64,000 nt of DNA from NCBI GenBank assembly GCA_032161105.1, contig JAVHTD010000001.1. The stretch is one strand, 5' to 3'. The position numbers were made by a program, and so were the translations under genes. Source of the DNA: Candidatus Thermosaccharophagus tengchongensis (GTDB taxonomy: Bacteria; Armatimonadota; Fervidibacteria; Fervidibacterales; Thermosaccharophagaceae). The stretch's first letter is position 1, and the number at the start of each line of letters is the position of its first letter. The notes beneath the pieces are model-generated. The model was not told the DNA's origin and ran no database searches. It was given only the letters and a program-made list of their open reading frames with translations. Shown one piece after another: positions 49,608 to 58,633 of the stretch.

Positions 49608-51146
49608 TTAACCGCGCCAGACTTGTGCATCCGAATTATGGCAGACAGCTCGCTTTGTCTCAAGTTGGCTTTCTGAAATGAATTCTTCCAAGGTGCATCC
49701 AAGCACATCAACTGCGGCTTGCTTATATGCGCCAAATGAGCCGCCGTTTAATAAAGCCCTCTCAATGACGCTCAATACACGCCTATCGCCGATTGAAAAC
49801 AGAGCTTGCAGCTGGCTTGCGCGAATGCTCTCAACCGATAATTTTACACGCTCAATGCCCTTGAGTGCCCTCGTAAGCAAATTGCGCTTCCTTTCCAATT
49901 CATCGCTTGGTGCCATTCCTAACCTCTCAAATGGCGTGCCGCGCTTTGGAACGAATGCACATGCACTGACTGTAAAACGCAACCGTTTGAAGCGCCTCAC
50001 TAACGAGCGCATAAATTCACCGATGGCGATGATGTCCTCGTTTGATTCCCATGGTAAGCCGAACATGAAGTAGAGTTTGATGGAGCGCATCCCGTATCTC
50101 TCAGCAAGTGCTGCAGCCCTGAAGAGATCCTCATCCTTTATCGGTTTGCCTATTGTCGCCCTCAGCTTTTCGGTGCCTGTCTCTGGCGCAATGGTCATGC
50201 TCATTGTGCCACTCTGGCTGAGCGCTGCAACCAACCCCTCTGGCAAAACATCGGCGCGCATTGATGAGACGCTTAACCTTAAGCCATCATTAACGACTGC
50301 CCACGCAATGCGCTCAATGTCTGGGTGCGCCGAAACGACAGCGCTTACCAACCCAACTGAGTTGAGCGTTTGCCTGTAGCGCCTGATCAAGTTGAGCACT
50401 TGCTCAGCCGTGAAATGCCTTGCCGGGTAGCAGCAATTGCCGTATGCGCAATAGTGGCACCTGAATGAGCACCCGCGAGCAACCTCAATGAGGAATGTGT
50501 CAGCGAACTCAGTTGAGCTCGTAAGGGCAATTGAGTGTGCTGGCTCAATTTGTTTAACATCGGCGAACACAGGTGCTGTTGGATGAGCCATAAGCTGTGG
50601 GACATACATACCCTTGACTTCGGCAAGCTCTTCCCATGCACGCACTCTATCATGCGCCGTTATGGCTTTCTCAGCAGCTTGCACAAGCTGCGGCATTATG
50701 ACCTCGGCATCTCCCATGGCGATGGCATCAAATAAGTCGGCAAGCGGTTCAGGGTTGATTGTCAGTGCAGTTCCACCGCCAATGACTAATGGCTCAAGCG
50801 GCTTTCGCTCACTCGCCCTCAAGGTTATGCCGCTGCTCAATAGCGCACGAACGATGTTTGGATAATCACCCTCAAACGGAACCGAGAAGGCAATGATGTT
50901 GAACGAGGATATCGGTGCGTTGCTTTCAATCGCCCTTATTGGCTTGCTCTGGTCGCACATTAATGCATCTACGAATGCCCTCTCACAGCTCACAGCGCAT
51001 TCGTCACTTGCAATTCGCAACACAGCATGCACGCCTAAGTTTGACATCCCGACAAAGTAGGTATTCGGATAGACGAGGACGATGCGTAACCTGCCGGGTT
51101 TGCGCGAACGCATTAACCAGCGTTCACTCGTTGAATGCATGTGCAC
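49608..51146 (-). CDS. Radical SAM protein (B12-binding-like N-terminus)
   Basis: YPNTY.VGMSNLG, EVARGCSFRCHYC (CxxxCxxC), APETG, KLYFMFGLP. Confidence 0.9.
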   Translation of the reverse strand: MHMHSTSERWLMRSRKPGRLRIVLVYPNTYFVGMSNLGVHAVLRIASDECAVSCERAFVDALMCDQSKPIRAIESNAPISSFNIIAFSVPFEGDYPNIVRALLSSGITLRASERKPLEPLVIGGGTALTINPEPLADLFDAIAMGDAEVIMPQLVQAAEKAITAHDRVRAWEELAEVKGMYVPQLMAHPTAPVFADVKQIEPAHSIALTSSTEFADTFLIEVARGCSFRCHYCAYGNCCYPARHFTAEQVLNLIRRYRQTLNSVGLVSAVVSAHPDIERIAWAVVNDGLRLSVSSMRADVLPEGLVAALSQSGTMSMTIAPETGTEKLRATIGKPIKDEDLFRAAALAERYGMRSIKLYFMFGLPWESNEDIIAIGEFMRSLVRRFKRLRFTVSACAFVPKRGTPFERLGMAPSDELERKRNLLTRALKGIERVKLSVESIRASQLQALFSIGDRRVLSVIERALLNGGSFGAYKQAAVDVLGCTLEEFISESQLETKRAVCHNSDAQVWRG

Positions 51147-51474
51147 CCCTAATCACCCTTGCAGACTCGGTTGAATTTGGAACCCTCAAATTGCATCACC
51201 AGGTTGACAGTTTGGCTCACTGTATTGCAAGTAAACTTATCGCCCTACAGATAACTGATGCAAGCCTGAATGGATGCTGTGCTTCGGGGCTTTACAAGCA
51301 CATTGAGTTGTGTCATAGTCAATTAAGGCAAGCGAAATATTGTAGCAACGGATGTAATGCCCATAAGGGGAGGTGATGAAACAGGATTGAGATTTAAGGG
51401 CGACATTAAAGCGCGATCGCTCTGAGGCGACAGAGGGGCGTTTAATCAAGCTAATCCAAGGGAGGGATGCAAGG

Positions 51475-52239
51475 ATGAAACTCGCGAATGGAAGGTCAAG
51501 GGGCTTCACACTGATAGAGCTGCTGGTGGTGATAGCGATTATCGCCATCTTGGCAGCGATTCTGTTCCCGGTGTTTGCGAGGGCAAGAGAGAAGGCTCGC
51601 ACGGCTGCCTGTCAGAGCAACATAAAGCAGATACTGCTCGGAATAAAGATGTATGTTGAGGACTACGATGGACGCTTCCCCGGAGCAAGGTATAGACCAC
51701 CTGGTCTGCCGCAATATACATGGCGTGCGGTTGTCTTCCCATATGTTAAGAATGAGCAAATTTTTGTGTGCCCATCAAACCCCAATCTCTTTCAAGAGAC
51801 AGGCGATATCGCTGGCAATTACGCGGTATCAGCATGGATGTTTTGCTCCATTCAATGTGATCCTGCAAGGAATATGAGGGTGAGCCAGCTCATCCACGGG
51901 ACTTACAAACCCGGAAGTAGTTTTTGGACGAATGTGCCACAGGCAACGCCGAACGGTCCGTCGCAGATGATTATCATTACCGAGGTTGGACCCGGGTGCG
52001 GGCACATTGACTTTAGTGGGCACTTCAGATGTGGTGGCAGTAACGCATGGTTTGCTACACGCCCATTCACTGGGCACCTTGGTGGGGCAAACTTTGGCTT
52101 TGCTGATGGACATGTCAAGTGGATGAAGTGGCTACAGACATTCTCACCAATTTTTATGTATCCAGCAGATTGTTGCAGCGATACAAACTACTACAACATG
52201 TTCAACCTGCATCCCGATGTGATAAAGGCAATACAGTAG
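51475..52239 (+). CDS. Prepilin-type N-terminal cleavage/methylation protein with H-X9-DG motif (DUF1559-like)
   Basis: [48 protein letters not shown]. Confidence 0.93.
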   Translation: MKLANGRSRGFTLIELLVVIAIIAILAAILFPVFARAREKARTAACQSNIKQILLGIKMYVEDYDGRFPGARYRPPGLPQYTWRAVVFPYVKNEQIFVCPSNPNLFQETGDIAGNYAVSAWMFCSIQCDPARNMRVSQLIHGTYKPGSSFWTNVPQATPNGPSQMIIITEVGPGCGHIDFSGHFRCGGSNAWFATRPFTGHLGGANFGFADGHVKWMKWLQTFSPIFMYPADCCSDTNYYNMFNLHPDVIKAIQ

Positions 52240-52399
52240 TTGGTTGAGAATGCGCGCTGTTGGTTGGTAACTTGGGGAGAGATGATGCAGGTGTAAGGAG
52301 GGGTGCACTATCCCCATCAGGAAGAGGTTATGGTATAGTGTTATCACTGTATGCATAGCAGGTGTGCTTTCATTTGCTAATCACTTCAGCAGCCGTGTA

Positions 52400-52939
52400 A
52401 TGGAAAACCTTAAGAAGGACGAGGTGAATGAACAAGCCCTGCTCTCGGGCAAAAGCGATGAACGCTGTTGTGGGATGCAGTGGAAGATATACATCGGGAA
52501 GAAGTTGTCAGATTCCGAACTATACAAAATGTGGGTTTACCCAGTGAAGCAGGAGCATGAACGAACGCTCCCGTTTTTGAAGCCGGTGGAGGTTTATGGC
52601 AATTTAAAGGCGCGCATTTGCATTAGGGCATTCTATCCCTTCCACCGCGGTCATGAGCACTTCAAAGATTACTTCAAGAGCCTCGCTGAGCGTTACTATC
52701 CGCGCTTAAGGGTTGAGTGCATAAACTTCGGAACGCCATCTGGGTTCAAGCTGTTCCGAAAAGAGGGGCTATCGTGTGGAGCTGTTATACTTCAGGCGTA
52801 TCCGCAGGCTAAGGCGAAGTTTGGTGAAGTTGAATTACCTATAGTTTTTGAAGGTCCGATGGATGCGGCATGGCAAAGGAGCGATCTGGAATCGCTCGTA
52901 GGGATGCTCACCAGTTATGAGGTATCGCAAGGCAAGTGA
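52400..52939 (+). CDS. Hypothetical protein, possibly thioredoxin-like fold; start uncertain
   Basis: ORF with globular-protein composition; no CxxC. Confidence 0.55.
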   Translation: MENLKKDEVNEQALLSGKSDERCCGMQWKIYIGKKLSDSELYKMWVYPVKQEHERTLPFLKPVEVYGNLKARICIRAFYPFHRGHEHFKDYFKSLAERYYPRLRVECINFGTPSGFKLFRKEGLSCGAVILQAYPQAKAKFGEVELPIVFEGPMDAAWQRSDLESLVGMLTSYEVSQGK

Positions 52940-54112
52940 AAGCGCGTTTTCCACTGTGCCTATCGCATCTCCGTAAGTGAGTAAGGGCGAAATTGCAATG
53001 CATCATCATAGACGCTATAGATTGCGCACCATCAAGCGTGCGCTATGCAGCCATGAGTTTATCCCTGAGAGGCGAGCTTTCCGCCCGCCCAATCTTCACC
53101 TTACATGCTCCCCGATGTGCGTGTTGCATGATGAGCAATTGAGCTGTGGCTTTCGTTTGCATGGGATGGTTGGAGCATCGGTTAATGATTCATTCCGGAA
53201 GCGAAGTTGAGTCAGCTACTGATGGCTTTCAGAATAACCCCGCTTGAAGCTGCATAGCTGCCCTGTGGGAACGCCGCGCCGCATCGGCGTCGTGAAGCAC
53301 AGTTCCAACGATGAGCACTCAGCATAGGTAACTCCCGTATAGATGCGTTGTCAGTGCGAGGCGCTGCAGCGAACAGCATGCATCAAGATGTGGAGAGCCC
53401 CATCAAGTTGTGGTATGAACTTGAAAAAATTCGTAGCACACATTAATGTGAATCATCACCGACATTGCGCATGTGGGAGAAGCATTAGGACGCTCATTGA
53501 ACCTCAATCATGTTCGCCGTTGAGGGTCATTGCTTCGTTGAGTGTGCGTTCCTCAATTGAGCCATTCCCAATTGAAGGAACTGCAGAGTGAGTTGAAGCT
53601 CAATTTATGCCTGTGTGTCTTAACCTCGGTGTCAAGCAAATTTTGCTGTGTGCTGCTCCTCTGGAAACTTGAATTCATTCCTCAAAGGCAATGGAAGAGC
53701 TGGCAGCAATAGGGAGAAGTTTGCCAATCATACATACGCTCAAATTGGTCACACAAAAGTGGGCAAATTCTTGGTGTGATAGTGTTGTCTTTTGTTCACC
53801 ATACCTTGCAGTGGGATTTTTAAAAATATGGGACAAAAAATGGCAATTATGTTTGATGGTTTGGATTTATGAAATTGGGTCCATTTTTGGATTTTTCTGG
53901 AAATTTTGGATGATGACAACGGTGCGGGTATTTTCCAAAATTTCCCGACCTTCTGGCAAATTTCCCAACCCGGCATCGTTTCCCGTTTATTTCACTATTT
54001 CACACAAAAATTTGGATTCGTAACATCATCACCATGTTTAGCAACAGTGAAATCCAAATTTAAAAACATCAACATGATTCTGTCAACAGCTATTTTAATC
54101 CGGATTTTGGGG

Positions 54113-54141
54113 TTGACAATCACCACGAATTTGGCTATAAT
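54113..54141 (+). promoter_or_regulatory. Consensus sigma70 promoter
   Basis: TTGACA (54113-54118), 17-nt spacer, TATAAT (54136-54141). Confidence 0.85.
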
Positions 54142-54223
54142 TAAACATGAAGCCGGATGTGCTGATGGTAGGCAGAATTGCCATAGTGCATCCTACACCA
54201 TCACATGGAAAGGGGGTGCTAAC

Positions 54224-54277
54224 ATGGCGAAGAAGGCAGCACCAAAGAAGAAGGCAGCGCCGAAGAAGAAGAAGTAG
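54224..54277 (+). CDS. 17-aa lysine-rich microprotein MAKKAAPKKKAAPKKKK
   Basis: AAGGGGGTG SD then ATG 54224; TAG at 54275-54277; own promoter and terminator. Confidence 0.7.
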   Translation: MAKKAAPKKKAAPKKKK

Positions 54278-54294
54278 CAATTAAAGCCGTAATT

Positions 54295-54340
54295 GGGGGG
54301 CAGTTGGCACTTGCCTGTGCCACTGCCCCCTTAACATTTT
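54295..54340 (+). terminator. Intrinsic terminator-like hairpin between microprotein and convergent parA
   Basis: GGGGGCAG(T)TGGCAC-ttgcct-GTGCCACTGCCCCC followed by TTAACATTTT. Confidence 0.75.
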
Positions 54341-54384
54341 ACCGGCTCTTTTGCGAAATTCTCCCAAATACTTTTCACTGATAT

Positions 54385-55260
54385 TTAGCAACCCTCGCCT
54401 CCAGATTGACCAAAAGGCTTTTGGTGGGTTGGTGGAGAGGGTAATTGAATTTCCCCCTGTAACTCGCCCGCTAAAGGCGTGGCGGTTTCCCTGACTTCAC
54501 CCAACCTTTCAAGCACTTCTTGGGCGAGTTGGCGATACGCTGCTGCTGCCACATTGCGGCTGTCGTAGTAGATAATTGGCAAGCCATGACTTGGAGCTTC
54601 GCTTAAGCGCACCGTCCTGGGTATGATGGTTCGCAAGACCCAATGCTGGAAGTGCTTTTCAACTTCCTCAGAAACCTGTGAGGCGAGGTTGGTGCGCGTG
54701 TCATACATTGTGCGGAGTATACCGAGCACAAGCACCGACGGATTCAAACTCATGCGAACCTTCCGTATCGTGCTCAGGAGATTTCCCAAACCCTCAAGCG
54801 CGTAATATTCACACTGAATTGGGATGAGGATGTAATGTGCGGCGGTGAGACAGTTGACCGTGAGCAAACCCAACGATGGTGGCGAGTCAAGGATGATGAA
54901 ATCGTAGTTAATGACGAGCGGTTGCAGCGCCCGATGTATCATGAATTCCCTTTCTTCAAGTTGGCTCAGCTCAATCTCAGCTCCAGCCAAGTCAATGTCA
55001 GACGGTATGATATCAAGCCGCGCAAAACGAGTATGCTTGACAGCTGCCCCGGGTTCGACGAAACCGGCAAGCACATCATAAAGTTGCGGGCGTGCGGCTT
55101 GCCTCGGGATGCCGATACCGGAAGTGGCGTTGCCTTGTGGGTCTGCGTCTACGAGTAAGACGCGTTTGCCAATCTCAGCCAAGCATGCACTTAGGTTTAT
55201 TGCCGTCGTCGTTTTCCCTACGCCGCCCTTTTGGTTGACGATTGAAATGACTATCCCCAC
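54385..55260 (-). CDS. parA: ParA/Soj family ATPase
   Basis: NQKGGVGKTT, DADPQGNAT, DSPPSLG, QCEYYALEG, LSEAPSHG. Confidence 0.95.
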   Translation of the reverse strand: MGIVISIVNQKGGVGKTTTAINLSACLAEIGKRVLLVDADPQGNATSGIGIPRQAARPQLYDVLAGFVEPGAAVKHTRFARLDIIPSDIDLAGAEIELSQLEEREFMIHRALQPLVINYDFIILDSPPSLGLLTVNCLTAAHYILIPIQCEYYALEGLGNLLSTIRKVRMSLNPSVLVLGILRTMYDTRTNLASQVSEEVEKHFQHWVLRTIIPRTVRLSEAPSHGLPIIYYDSRNVAAAAYRQLAQEVLERLGEVRETATPLAGELQGEIQLPSPPTHQKPFGQSGGEGC

Positions 55261-55410
55261 AACAGCTGCCTACCCCGCTTTCACTGTGCGCAGTGACTTT
55301 CACAACGCACGCTGTTTGCAATATGACATTTTATCCCTCTCCACACTTCATGTCACCAGCGCGCATAATTGCAACATGCAATTCACATTAGAGGTGCAGG
55401 GGCAGGAAAG

Positions 55411-56172
55411 ATGGGTGAGGGCAATCGCTGGTCTCATCTTCTCACGAGCTTGAAGGATGTGCTTCACAAGGGCTTTCATGCCGTGCTCAGGTTGCTTTAT
55501 CCGCCACGCTGTCTTGTGTGCGGTTCGCTATCCGAGGAGGTGCTTTGCAGGGGATGTTTTGCGCAACTCAAATTTATCAAACCGCCGATGTGCGACCTCT
55601 GCGGAAAGCCATATGACGAGCTTGCTCACGCTGCGCCCATATGTTCCGATTGCAGGAACACAAAGCGATGGTTTGACCGATGCAGATGCGCTGTCAGGTA
55701 TGAGGGTGTCGCACGGGAGATGATCCACAAGTTCAAGTATGGCGGCGAGAGGCGGCTTGCATCGGAGATGGCGAGGCTTATGGTTGAGATTCTGAACGAC
55801 TTCCCGCTCCAGATTGAGTTAGTGATCCCAGTGCCGTTGCACAGCAAGAGGCTGCGAGAGAGGGGATTTAATCAATCGGAGTTGATTGCGGAGCTGTTAT
55901 CAGAACGGGTTAATGTGCCGATGAACTCATCCTTATTGATTCGCATAAGGGAAACAAAGCCCCAGTTTGACCTTGAGCCGAGGGAGAGGTTAAACAATGT
56001 GCGAGGCGCATTTGAGCTCGTTGAAGCGAGTGCTGTGACTGGCAAGGTTGTCCTCATCGTTGATGATGTAATGACTGTCGGGGCGACATTGAATGAATGT
56101 GCGAGAGCGCTCAGGAAAGGAAAACCAAGAGCAGTGTATGCAGCTGCGTTTGCGAGGGCAGTCGGAATGTGA
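55411..56172 (+). CDS. comF: ComF family protein (double zinc ribbon plus PRTase)
   Basis: LYPPRC..C, VPLH..RL.ERGFNQ, VDDVMTVGAT. Confidence 0.92.
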   Translation: MGEGNRWSHLLTSLKDVLHKGFHAVLRLLYPPRCLVCGSLSEEVLCRGCFAQLKFIKPPMCDLCGKPYDELAHAAPICSDCRNTKRWFDRCRCAVRYEGVAREMIHKFKYGGERRLASEMARLMVEILNDFPLQIELVIPVPLHSKRLRERGFNQSELIAELLSERVNVPMNSSLLIRIRETKPQFDLEPRERLNNVRGAFELVEASAVTGKVVLIVDDVMTVGATLNECARALRKGKPRAVYAAAFARAVGM

Positions 56173-56375
56173 ATTGCATACCTGTTGCATGGCGATCCAA
56201 GTTGAGGAAGCCACTTCCCCGGGGGCTGCTCACGCAAGCTGCAATCGGTGTGGACTTATAAACCGTAGGCAATTCATGTTGGGCATATGTGTTGCAGCTA
56301 CGAAGTTAATTCGGGCTGGCTATACGGGTTGAGGCTTTGTGAGTTTGGTGCGATCCAATTGGTTGGAGGCGATAA

Positions 56376-57350
56376 ATGATGGCTGTGCGCATCGGCTTTA
56401 TAGGTTCAGGTGGGATAGCCCGTTTGCACATGCAGAACCTGAGCAGGATTGAAGATGTTGAGTTGGTTGCGTTTTGCGATGTCGCAATTGAGCGTGCAGT
56501 GGAGTGCGCAAACCAGTATGGTGGTAGAGCATACGACAACCATGCCGAGATGTTTGAGAAGGAAGAGCTTGATGCAGTTTACATTTGCATTCCTCCGGGA
56601 GCGCATTCCGACCAAGAGGTTATGGCTGCTCAAGCGGGCGTGCACATATTCGTTGAGAAGCCGATAGCGCTAACACTTGATGCTGCCGAGAGGGCGCTCA
56701 ATGCGATCAAGAGCGCCGGCGTGATAAACTCCGTCGGATACCACTTTCGCTACCTTGACACCACTGACATCGTCAGAGAGAGGTTAGCTGAGCAAACTGT
56801 GGGCATGGTCTTGGGCTATTGGATGGGCGGCTTACCGGGAACACCTTGGTGGAGGCGCATGGAACAATCTGGTGGGCAGATTGTGGAACAGACGACGCAC
56901 ATATTTGACCTTGCAAGATACATTGTGGGCGAGATAACACATGTGTGCGCTGCAGCTGCCCTCCGTGCATTGCACGATGTGCCGAATCTCAATGTGCCTG
57001 ATGTCGGCGCTGTGCTCGTTTGGTTTGAGAACGGTGCCATCGGATGCATCTCAAACACATGCATGCTGAGGAGGGGTCACAGGGTCGGGCTTGATGTCTT
57101 TTGCCGTGACATGGTCGTTGAGCATATGGGTGGAAGCGTCCGCTTCATTTACCAGCAGAGGGTTGAGGAGATTAGCGCGACAAGAAATGGGCATGCATAC
57201 GAATCGGAGGTATTCATCAGGGCTGTTAAGGAAAGGAATCAATCGCTCATACGGTGCGATTACGAAGATGCGGTTAAGACGCTCGCAGTTACACTCGCCG
57301 CCAATGAATCCATCCAGAAAGGTATGAGGGTGAATGTGCCAACGCTTTAA
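56376..57350 (+). CDS. Gfo/Idh/MocA family oxidoreductase
   Basis: GFIGSGGIA, EKP, GG..VEQTTH..D. Confidence 0.93.
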   Translation: MMAVRIGFIGSGGIARLHMQNLSRIEDVELVAFCDVAIERAVECANQYGGRAYDNHAEMFEKEELDAVYICIPPGAHSDQEVMAAQAGVHIFVEKPIALTLDAAERALNAIKSAGVINSVGYHFRYLDTTDIVRERLAEQTVGMVLGYWMGGLPGTPWWRRMEQSGGQIVEQTTHIFDLARYIVGEITHVCAAAALRALHDVPNLNVPDVGAVLVWFENGAIGCISNTCMLRRGHRVGLDVFCRDMVVEHMGGSVRFIYQQRVEEISATRNGHAYESEVFIRAVKERNQSLIRCDYEDAVKTLAVTLAANESIQKGMRVNVPTL

Positions 57351-57383
57351 AATTGCTGGCTGCCAAGATGGCAATGATGGGTA

Positions 57384-58178
57384 TTACCACATCACAAGGT
57401 TCTCGTGTGACTTTCTAAGGATGATCGGACCATCAGGTGGCACCCTGAGCAGGTTCCACTTATACCACTTCACATGCCCATCGGCGAATGCAATGTTGCA
57501 GCCACCAAGATGTCTTGGACCCTTCTCATCCGTCATCTTATCTGCGATGACAGTATTTGGATTGCAGCATCCACCGAATGCATCTCCTCTCGCATTGAAG
57601 TTTGCGAAGACTATACGGGCGAGAAAGCCACCAGGATCCCAGCCTGTAAGGGAAGAGCGCCCATCGGCAAGTAGCAGGGTCTGAGCAGGAAGCCTGATAC
57701 TGGCTAAACGGTTGAAATTGCAGCAATTGGCAGATATCGGCTCATTGTAGGTATAGCTGAAAGGCCACCTGTCATACTTGCAGTCTGAGCAGCACATCCG
57801 CCCTAACGGCCCACCATCGGGACACCTTGTATCAGATGGACAGAGATAGAGCTCTCTGTTCTTAACATAGGGATAGATAGCTGCATACCAAGGCAATGGG
57901 GTGCTCGGACCCTGCCCATGCACCGGTGGGTTCCCGCGGTCTCTACCCCACTCCCAGTTCGGGAAACGCTCATCGTAATCTTGCGCATAGGCAAGCAGCG
58001 CAATCGCTAACTGCTTCAGATGGCTCTGACAAGTTGCACTTCTTGCCTTCTCCCTCGCCCTCGCAAACACCGGGAACAACACTGCTGCCAGGATAGCGAT
58101 AATCGCTATCACCACCAACAGCTCTATCAGTGTGAAGCCTATTGAACTTACCTTAAGCCTTCCGACTATGTGCCTCAT
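57384..58178 (-). CDS. Prepilin-type N-terminal cleavage/methylation protein with H-X9-DG motif (DUF1559-like)
   Basis: [48 protein letters not shown]. Confidence 0.93.
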   Translation of the reverse strand: MRHIVGRLKVSSIGFTLIELLVVIAIIAILAAVLFPVFARAREKARSATCQSHLKQLAIALLAYAQDYDERFPNWEWGRDRGNPPVHGQGPSTPLPWYAAIYPYVKNRELYLCPSDTRCPDGGPLGRMCCSDCKYDRWPFSYTYNEPISANCCNFNRLASIRLPAQTLLLADGRSSLTGWDPGGFLARIVFANFNARGDAFGGCCNPNTVIADKMTDEKGPRHLGGCNIAFADGHVKWYKWNLLRVPPDGPIILRKSHENLVMW

Positions 58179-58341
58179 TTCGCATCCCTCCCTTGAGTTT
58201 ATTTTGAACACATCGCGAGATTGACTTCACTTAGAAAGCTCTAACTCCCGTAACCTAACTTTGGTGCAGCGTAAGTTGTTTGTAAAGTCTAACATCTCGC
58301 TCTTGTCAAACGCCATCAGCTGAGCAATGATGCGATGCACC

Positions 58342-58593
58342 GTTCGTAGTAAGCCACGAAGCGAAAGCGAAGTGGCGTTAATCATGGCATCATTGACGGC
58401 ACTCCACTTCGTTTCGTGCCTCACTACGAACCTCGCAATCGTTCGTAGTAAGCCATGAAGCGATAGCGGAGTGGCGTTAATCATGACATCGTTCGTAGTA
58501 AGCCACGAAGCGAAAGCGAAGTGGCGTTTGTCATGGCATCATTGACGGCACTTCACTTCGTTTCGTGCCTCACTACGAACCTCGTAATCGTTC
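58342..58593. repeat. Second cluster of the same 90-bp palindromic REP-doublet units
   Basis: Full units 58342-58431 and 58491-58580, half unit 58441-58490. Confidence 0.85.
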
Positions 58594-58633
58594 AAAGTGC
58601 ACGGAGCAATCCAGTGTGCGGAGGGTGGTGCGC

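Noticed and set aside
52940..54110. Canonical oriC or parS next to parA
   Set aside because: No TTATCCACA boxes and no TGTTTCACGTGAAACA-like palindrome seen; kept only as an unexplained motif region
53906..54223. 123-aa extension of the lysine-rich ORF, and ORFs 52977-54023
   Set aside because: The extension crosses the promoter and AT-rich repeats, and the real SD sits at the ATG at 54224; the other ORFs lack SDs and protein-like composition
45485..58178. Diversity-generating retroelement acting on the pilin-like genes
   Set aside because: No reverse transcriptase and no TR/VR pair with adenine-specific differences
58342..58593. Integron attC cassette array
   Set aside because: Ends (GTTCGTA/TACGAAC) do not fit RYYYAAC...GTTRRRY, units do not flank ORFs, and there is no integrase
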